A DNA stretch of 64,000 nt. It comes from Saccharofermentans sp. (lineage in GTDB: Bacteria; Bacillota; Clostridia; Saccharofermentanales; Saccharofermentanaceae). Below, in pieces: positions 58,380 to 64,000 of this stretch (the first letter of the stretch is position 1; every line of letters begins with the position of its first letter). The DNA lies in assembly GCA_024403715.1 (NCBI GenBank), contig JAKSRJ010000010.1, positions 722-64,721 of the forward strand, written 5' to 3'. The notes below the pieces were generated by a model that had not been told where the DNA came from, did not search any database, and worked only from the letters and a program-made list of their open reading frames with translations. Made by a program: the position numbers and the translations under genes.

Positions 58380-59104
58380 AATTAAGTGTCATCATTCCTG
58401 CCTATAATGAGGGCAAACATATAAGAGCTAACCTGATTGCGGTTAGTGAAGCTTTTATAGGAATAAGTGATGAAGTTGAAGTATTGGTTGTTGACGACGG
58501 AAGTACTGACAATACAAAAGATGAGATTTTGTCTGTAACTAAGGATCACTCAGATATTATTTATGCCGGCTATGATACTAACCGAGGTAAGGGTGGTGCC
58601 ATTAAGCATGGTGTTGAAAAAGCTACTGGTGATGTAATTGCATTCTTAGATGCAGATTTGGATTTATCACCTAAGCATATCGTCGATTACTATGCGCATA
58701 TGAAGAATACCAACTGTGACATAGTAATAGGTTCTAAGATGCACAAGGACTCTAAGCTTGATTATCCTCCAGCTCGTAAGTTTTTTTCATGGTGTTATTT
58801 TGCTATGTTGAAAATCCTTTTTGGTTTGAGCATTAAGGATACTCAGACCGGAGTTAAGATGTATAAGGCGGAATATATAAAGAAGGTAACACCTCTACTT
58901 AGAGTTTCTGGCTATGCATTTGATATTGAGATTTTGGCTCTGTGTAATCACGAAGGCGCTAAGATTGATGAGATGCCAGTTGAGATTATTTTCAGAAGAG
59001 AAGAGTCCTTTGGTAGAATTAAGTTTAAAGATATTTGGAAGATGTTCATAGATACTTTTGGTATTTGGTGGAATCTTCGTGTTGTAAGGAGCTATTTTAA
59101 GTGA
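58376..59104 (+). CDS. Polyprenol-phosphate glycosyltransferase (DPG synthase-like GT2)
   Basis: VIIPAYNE, VVDDGSTD, NRGKGGAIKHG, FLDADLD, VIGSK, DTQTGVK, GYAFDIEIL. ATGA start at 58376. Confidence 0.88.
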   Translation: MKLSVIIPAYNEGKHIRANLIAVSEAFIGISDEVEVLVVDDGSTDNTKDEILSVTKDHSDIIYAGYDTNRGKGGAIKHGVEKATGDVIAFLDADLDLSPKHIVDYYAHMKNTNCDIVIGSKMHKDSKLDYPPARKFFSWCYFAMLKILFGLSIKDTQTGVKMYKAEYIKKVTPLLRVSGYAFDIEILALCNHEGAKIDEMPVEIIFRREESFGRIKFKDIWKMFIDTFGIWWNLRVVRSYFK

Positions 59105-61413
59105 AGTGTCTGATCCTTGCGGGTGGTCTTGGAGAGCGACTTTGGCCTTTATCAAGACGCGATTATCCTAAGCAGTTCATTGAACTTACAAGGTATCATT
59201 CGGTTTTTCAGGATACCATAGCTCGTAATATGCCTTATTGCGATGAATTCTTGTTTGTAACAGGAAGTGAGCATAAGCATATCTTAGAGAATCAGCTTAA
59301 GTCTTTTCAGGATTTGGCTTATAGGTCTGTATATGAGGACATCCCTAGAAGGACAACAGCTTCAGTAGCATTGGCTTTGATGTCTTTGTGGTCGACAGAG
59401 TATGTATTGATAGTTCCTTCTGACATTATGGTAGATGATACTCAAAATGGTTATGCAGAAGCTATTTTGAAGGCCAAGGAATTGGCAGATGAAGGTAAGA
59501 TCGTTGTTTTTGGTATCGAAGAGGAGACTTTTAACAATCGCTACGGATATATTTGCGAAGATACTTTGAAGTTTATTGAGAAGCCTTCAGATGAGACCTC
59601 GCTTACAAAGCCTTACTATAGAAATTTAGGAATGATTCTAGCTCGAGCTGGAGATTTTCTAAATGAGCTTCGTAAAATCTCACCTAGCACATATAATGCA
59701 TGTCGCAAGGCATACAAGCAGCGTAAGGACAAAGGCGGCGACCTCGAATTTGATGAGGATGCACTCTCATTAATCGATGCTGTATCTGTTGAGCGTATGG
59801 TATTGGAGCAGTCATCTCAGCTAGCTCTTGTAAAAGCTGATTTTGGCTGGCAGGAATTGACTTCGCTCGAAGATCTAGAGAAGTTTTCTTATAAGAACTC
59901 TGGACCTGCTATCGCCTATAATTCAGAAGGATCATTTGTAGTTAATAAGTCTTGTGACAGAGCTGTCGTAGTAAGTGGTATTAAAGATGCAGTTGTTGTT
60001 AATACTGATGATGCAGTGTTTGTTGGAAGTAGAGGCAAGAGTAGTGCTGATGATTTGAAGATGTTTTTAACAGCAGAGGATTCTGATGCAAAACGTATTA
60101 ATAAGTATATTGATAGTAGCTTGGTCCACTATAGACAGTGGGGTAAGTATAAGGACTTAGAAGTATCAGAGAACCATTATGTAAGACATATATATGTCTT
60201 CCCAGGTAAGACTATCTACGAGCATTCACACGATAAGCGTACTGAAAATTGGATTATCGTTAGTGGTAAAGCTATGGTCTCATTAAATGGTAAGTTTTCT
60301 ATCTTGGAGGGCCACGGTAACATTGAAGTTAAGCCAGGTACAAGACATCAAATTTCTAATGTTGGTACTGAGGTCTTGGAGCTTATCGACACAGCTTATG
60401 GTGAGGATATTTTATTAAATGACAGGCAGGCTAGAACTGTTGATGATATCGGCGAGATTGATTTGGGTGTTAAGCCAGAACCTATCTTGAAGCTTCGTCC
60501 AGTACTTAGAGGATATCTCTGGGGTGGTAATAGGCTTAAGACAGAATATGGTTTTAAAACCGACCTTGATAAAGTGTCAGAAGCTTGGGTTATGTCTGCG
60601 CATCCAGATGCCCAGTCTAGAGTGGTTAATGGACGTCATAGAGGAATGCTTCTTGGTAAGTATATCGATACTGTTGGTAAGTCTATTTTGGGGTGGAAGT
60701 GTGAACCTCTAAGTAGTTTCCCTCTATTAGTAAAGCTAATTGATGCTAATGATAACTTGTCTGTTCAGGTTCATCCTGATGATGACTATGCTTTGAAAAA
60801 TGAATCCTCGTATGGTAAGAACGAGATGTGGCATGTAATCGACAGCAAGCCTGGAAGCGGACTTTATGTTGGCTTTAATAGAGATGTATCTCGTGAAGAG
60901 GTCGAAGTTGCTGTTAAGAATGGAACAATAACAGACTATCTTAATTTTGTTCCTACTAAGGCTGGCGACACATTCTTTATTCCTGCTGGCACAGTACATG
61001 CTATAGGAAAAGGAAATTTGATTTGTGAGGTTCAGCAGTCTTCTAACTGTACATATAGACTTTACGACTACGACCGTGTAGATCGTTATGGCAATAAGCG
61101 AGAGCTTCATATCGAGAAGGCACTAGATGTAATTGATTATTCTAAGTACGAGTCTCAGGACTTATCTTCTGAAGGCAACCTTATTTGTAGATGTAAGTAT
61201 TTCGACGTACTTGTTTATGATGTTGACGGAGAATTAAGTGTTCCTGCTGATGACTCAAAATTTGATTGCGCTGTTGTTCTTAAGGGTAGCGGTAAGGTCT
61301 TGTGTGATGGCGAAGAAATGAATATCAACGCTGGTGAGGCTGTATTCCTAGCTGCGTCAAAAGAAGCAATTACCTTCGTGGGTGACATGAAGGTATTGAT
61401 GTGCCATGTATAA
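59101..61413 (+). CDS. manC: Mannose-1-phosphate guanylyltransferase / cupin / type I mannose-6-phosphate isomerase triple fusion
   Basis: ILAGGLGERLWPLSR..YPKQF, FIEKP, YRQWGKY, HSHDKRTENW, then YLWGG.RL, EAWVMSAHP, FPLLVKLIDA..NLSVQVHPDD, GKNEMW, IPAGTVHAIG, EVQQSSNCTYRLYDY.R. Confidence 0.8.
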   Translation: MKCLILAGGLGERLWPLSRRDYPKQFIELTRYHSVFQDTIARNMPYCDEFLFVTGSEHKHILENQLKSFQDLAYRSVYEDIPRRTTASVALALMSLWSTEYVLIVPSDIMVDDTQNGYAEAILKAKELADEGKIVVFGIEEETFNNRYGYICEDTLKFIEKPSDETSLTKPYYRNLGMILARAGDFLNELRKISPSTYNACRKAYKQRKDKGGDLEFDEDALSLIDAVSVERMVLEQSSQLALVKADFGWQELTSLEDLEKFSYKNSGPAIAYNSEGSFVVNKSCDRAVVVSGIKDAVVVNTDDAVFVGSRGKSSADDLKMFLTAEDSDAKRINKYIDSSLVHYRQWGKYKDLEVSENHYVRHIYVFPGKTIYEHSHDKRTENWIIVSGKAMVSLNGKFSILEGHGNIEVKPGTRHQISNVGTEVLELIDTAYGEDILLNDRQARTVDDIGEIDLGVKPEPILKLRPVLRGYLWGGNRLKTEYGFKTDLDKVSEAWVMSAHPDAQSRVVNGRHRGMLLGKYIDTVGKSILGWKCEPLSSFPLLVKLIDANDNLSVQVHPDDDYALKNESSYGKNEMWHVIDSKPGSGLYVGFNRDVSREEVEVAVKNGTITDYLNFVPTKAGDTFFIPAGTVHAIGKGNLICEVQQSSNCTYRLYDYDRVDRYGNKRELHIEKALDVIDYSKYESQDLSSEGNLICRCKYFDVLVYDVDGELSVPADDSKFDCAVVLKGSGKVLCDGEEMNINAGEAVFLAASKEAITFVGDMKVLMCHV

Positions 61414-61414
61414 G

Positions 61415-62803
61415 TTAATTAACCTTTTTAATTTCGCCTTGGGATTCTAGTTGAGCTTGGAGTTTTCCAAGCTTTTTAATTTCTACTACGAAGACAGAAA
61501 GTATAAATGCAGCACAGATAACCCAAGTTACTGGTTCGCAGATTGCAATTCCTAAGTACCCCATTCTTTGTGCTAGATAGCCAGCAGTAAAAGCCTTGAA
61601 TAAAAGCTCCATTACAGAAGCGATAATCGGCACGAATCTAGCCCCGATTCCCTGAAGCGTAGTTCTTGTAATAAGAATAATAGATAATACATAGTAAAAA
61701 GGCAGATCGACCTTAAGGTAGAATGTAGCTGTATCGATAAGCTCCTGGGTTGAGGTTCCTGAGATGCCTCTTACCATCATGTTGCCAAAAGTATAAATAA
61801 CTGCGATAAGCACAGTATCAAAGCAGAAGGAGAAGAGCATAACCTTCTTAAGGCCTTCTTTGATTCTGTCGTAGCGGCGTGCACCGTGGTTTTGACCAGC
61901 GAAAGTAGCCATCGCGTTAGCCAAAGTACTTACGGTCATCATGCACATCTCTGAAATCTTACGTGCAGTAGTATGAGCAGCGATTGTTGTAGGTCCGAAG
62001 TCATTGATTGCACTCTGGAGAATCATAGTACCGAGGTTAACTACTGTATACATAAGTGCGAAAGCGATACCTGAAGTGAAGATATCAGAAAGCATATTAC
62101 GATTAAGAGATAAATCTTCTTTCTTAAGATGAAGCTCAGGTACATATCTAATAATATAAATAATAGTTAAAGCAGATGATACGAACTGTGAGATTGCAGT
62201 AGCGATAGCAGCACCTGGAAGTCCAATGCCAAGCTTTACTACAAATGAGTAGTTCAGCAATAAATTCAAAGATACGGAAATCATAAGGAAGTAAAGCGGC
62301 GCCTTAGAGTTACCTATAGATCTAAGCATTCCCGATAACACGTTATACATAAATAGGAAGAAGGATAATCCGATAACGATTACAGCATAGCTATATGCCA
62401 TATCAAAAATACTATCTGGTGTGTGAAGAACTCTCATTAATGGCTTTAGTGATATTAGGCCGATAGAAGTGATGATTATAGACCACAATATTGCGATGAA
62501 GCCTGTGTTAGCTATTGCCTTACGAAGCTGATCTGGATTCTTGGCACCATAGTACTTAGAGATAACAACTCCAAAACCACTTGCCATACCAAAATAGAAT
62601 GAATTAAAGAAACCATAGATTGTAGACACGGATCCAATAGCGGATAGTGCGTCGTCTCCTAAGGCGTGTCCAATAATCGCGATGTCAGACAAGTTATATA
62701 TCTGCTGACAAATATTGCTTAAGAAAAGTGGTAGCGCGAATAGTAGCGTTACCTTAAGTGGATTGCCTATTGTTAAGTCTGTTGTTGATTTTCTTCTTGC
62801 CAT
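61415..62803 (-). CDS. MATE family efflux transporter
   Basis: DLTIGNP.K..LLFALPL, QQIYNLSD..IIG, LRSIGNSKAPL, GAAIATAISQ, FAGQNHGA..YDRI. Confidence 0.92.
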   Translation of the reverse strand: MARRKSTTDLTIGNPLKVTLLFALPLFLSNICQQIYNLSDIAIIGHALGDDALSAIGSVSTIYGFFNSFYFGMASGFGVVISKYYGAKNPDQLRKAIANTGFIAILWSIIITSIGLISLKPLMRVLHTPDSIFDMAYSYAVIVIGLSFFLFMYNVLSGMLRSIGNSKAPLYFLMISVSLNLLLNYSFVVKLGIGLPGAAIATAISQFVSSALTIIYIIRYVPELHLKKEDLSLNRNMLSDIFTSGIAFALMYTVVNLGTMILQSAINDFGPTTIAAHTTARKISEMCMMTVSTLANAMATFAGQNHGARRYDRIKEGLKKVMLFSFCFDTVLIAVIYTFGNMMVRGISGTSTQELIDTATFYLKVDLPFYYVLSIILITRTTLQGIGARFVPIIASVMELLFKAFTAGYLAQRMGYLGIAICEPVTWVICAAFILSVFVVEIKKLGKLQAQLESQGEIKKVN

Positions 62804-62887
62804 AGTTACGCATTATATTTTTAATAATAAATAAATCAATATCAGATTCTGTTGAATTTTGTTAGATTCGTTATTAAAATCCTTTTG
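62804..62887. promoter_or_regulatory. Divergent promoters for the MATE and HD genes, both apparently leaderless
   Basis: Plus: TTGAAT (62852-62857), 17 nt, TAAAAT (62875-62880), 7 nt, ATG 62888. Minus: TTGATT (rc of 62834-62839), 16 nt, TATAAT (rc of 62812-62817), 8 nt, ATG 62803. No SD on either side. Confidence 0.55.
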
Positions 62888-63484
62888 ATGGAAAAGGAAA
62901 TAACAGAATATAAGTTGGCTAAGCAGTTATTTATGCTTGGTAAAGAAATAATCCTTACAGATGAAGCGCAGCAGATGAAGTCTTTTACTCAGCATGGCAC
63001 TACATCTGTTTTTGAGCATGCTATTTCTGTAACTAAATACGCACTTCTTTTTGCTATCGCTCTCGAGAATTCCATTTTTCATGTAAAGATTGATAAGAGA
63101 AGTCTTGTGCGTGGAGCTTTGCTTCATGACTATTTTTTATACGATTGGCATAAGCCAAGCGAGAAGCGATATGGTCTTCATGGCTACACCCATCCTGCGA
63201 TTGCTTGTAAGAATGCTATCGCTGATTTTAATATCAATGAGATTGAGCAGGATATCATCAAGCACCATATGTTTCCTCTAACATTAATCTGGCCAAGACA
63301 TATCGAAGGTTGGCTTGTGTGCCTTGCTGATAAGTGGTGCGCTACATGTGAGACTTTTAAGATTGATATATCTTCTTATGTATTATATAGAGTAAACCTA
63401 CGTTACCAGTTGTCACGAGGAATGGTAACAATAGGTAATAAGTTAGAAGAAGACAAACTTACGGAGGATGGAGCAATTGAGTAA
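62888..63484 (+). CDS. HD-domain phosphohydrolase
   Basis: QHGTTSVFEH, GALLHDYFLYDWH, HGYTHP..A..NA, IIKHHMFPL, VCLADKWCA. Confidence 0.85.
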   Translation: MEKEITEYKLAKQLFMLGKEIILTDEAQQMKSFTQHGTTSVFEHAISVTKYALLFAIALENSIFHVKIDKRSLVRGALLHDYFLYDWHKPSEKRYGLHGYTHPAIACKNAIADFNINEIEQDIIKHHMFPLTLIWPRHIEGWLVCLADKWCATCETFKIDISSYVLYRVNLRYQLSRGMVTIGNKLEEDKLTEDGAIE

Positions 63485-63968
63485 GCAGACGACACTTTGC
63501 TACTTAACTAGAGGGGACGATGTCCTCTTTATTGTTAAGGGAGATACTCCTAAGAATCGCGCTAATATGAACGCTGGTAAGTACTTAGGTGTAGGTGGCC
63601 ATATGGAAGAAGGCGAGACACCATATGAATGCGCGCTTCGTGAAATTTATGAGGAAACCTCTATTGAGCCCATCGAAATGCAGGGATTTGGTCTTAAGGG
63701 TATATGTAGTTTTATTAATGATATGTGTGATGATGAGACTATGTATGTATATATGGGAGAGTATATCGGAGATAAAAATCCATGCCCTGGATACTGCGAT
63801 GAAGGAGTTTTAACCTGGGTTAAGAAGGGAAATATAAAAAATGTTCCGACCTGGGAAGGCGATAAAGCAATCTTTGAAGAACTCTTAAATCCAGTAAATA
63901 CAGGTGTCTTCGAGTTGAAGTTAACCTATCACGGTAACGACTTAATAGAAGCAAAAAAGATTTTTTGA
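63468..63968 (+). CDS. NUDIX hydrolase (MutX/8-oxo-dGTPase-like)
   Basis: TTLCYL, GVGGHMEEGETPYECALREIYEET (Nudix box), CDEGVL.W, PTWEGD. Confidence 0.85.
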   Translation: MEQLSKQTTLCYLTRGDDVLFIVKGDTPKNRANMNAGKYLGVGGHMEEGETPYECALREIYEETSIEPIEMQGFGLKGICSFINDMCDDETMYVYMGEYIGDKNPCPGYCDEGVLTWVKKGNIKNVPTWEGDKAIFEELLNPVNTGVFELKLTYHGNDLIEAKKIF

Positions 63969-63969
63969 A

Positions 63970-64000
63970 TTTTTTTTGAAAAAAGTGTTGACTTTGGATT
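63970..64000 (+). promoter_or_regulatory. UP-element-like T/A tracts and -35 (TTGACT) of a promoter whose -10 lies beyond the window
   Basis: TTTTTTTGAAAAAAGTGTTGACT with TTGACT at 63988-63993, an architecture typical of strong SigA promoters. Confidence 0.4.

Noticed and set aside
493-63813. Numerous short antisense or alternate-frame ORFs in the track (e.g. 632-1204, 14394-14978, 25219-25737, 43441-43746, 54539-54898)
   Set aside because: They lie wholly within well-supported genes on the other strand or frame, and have no recognisable motifs or RBS: shadow ORFs.
1-64000. CRISPR arrays, tRNA/rRNA genes, IS or prophage genes
   Set aside because: The window is almost fully coding with gaps of about 100 bp or less. 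No periodic repeats or transposase/integrase motifs were seen.

Overview
AT-rich bacterial DNA, probably from an anaerobic Firmicute (Clostridia). A rumen/gut Saccharofermentans- or Lachnospiraceae-like host is inferred from gene content, SigA-type promoters and a DUF4214-like domain. Housekeeping genes flank the window: pncB (5'-truncated) and a cyclophilin on the left; MATE, HD and NUDIX genes on the right. Between them lies a ~59 kb cell-surface glycopolymer locus (about 1.8-61.4 kb), almost entirely on the + strand. It encodes a priming GT, two Wzy-like and two Wzx-like proteins, a Wzz/pseudo-kinase, many GT2/GT4/GT11 enzymes, about six GT-C-like membrane proteins, four polyprenol-phosphate sugar synthases and three alkaline-phosphatase-superfamily transferases. 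Sugar pathways include dTDP-rhamnose, dTDP-3-acylamino-3,6-dideoxyhexose, part of GDP-fucose, late CDP-paratose/tyvelose steps and a YerE/YerF-like pair. The most striking signal is a four-part module present twice in different fusion arrangements: an N-terminal 'NLYIDP' membrane peptide, a TagB/TagF-like phosphotransferase, a YidC/Oxa1-like domain and an extracellular sulfatase/LtaS-like domain. Module A (39.2-43.7 kb) is sulfatase | YidC-TagF | free LYIDP peptide. Module B (54.3-58.4 kb) is LYIDP-TagF | YidC-sulfatase. This suggests a dedicated, apparently uncharacterised YidC-based trans-membrane glycan-modification system. No RNA genes, CRISPR arrays or IS elements were recognised. All family assignments come from motif recognition by eye; no searches were run.
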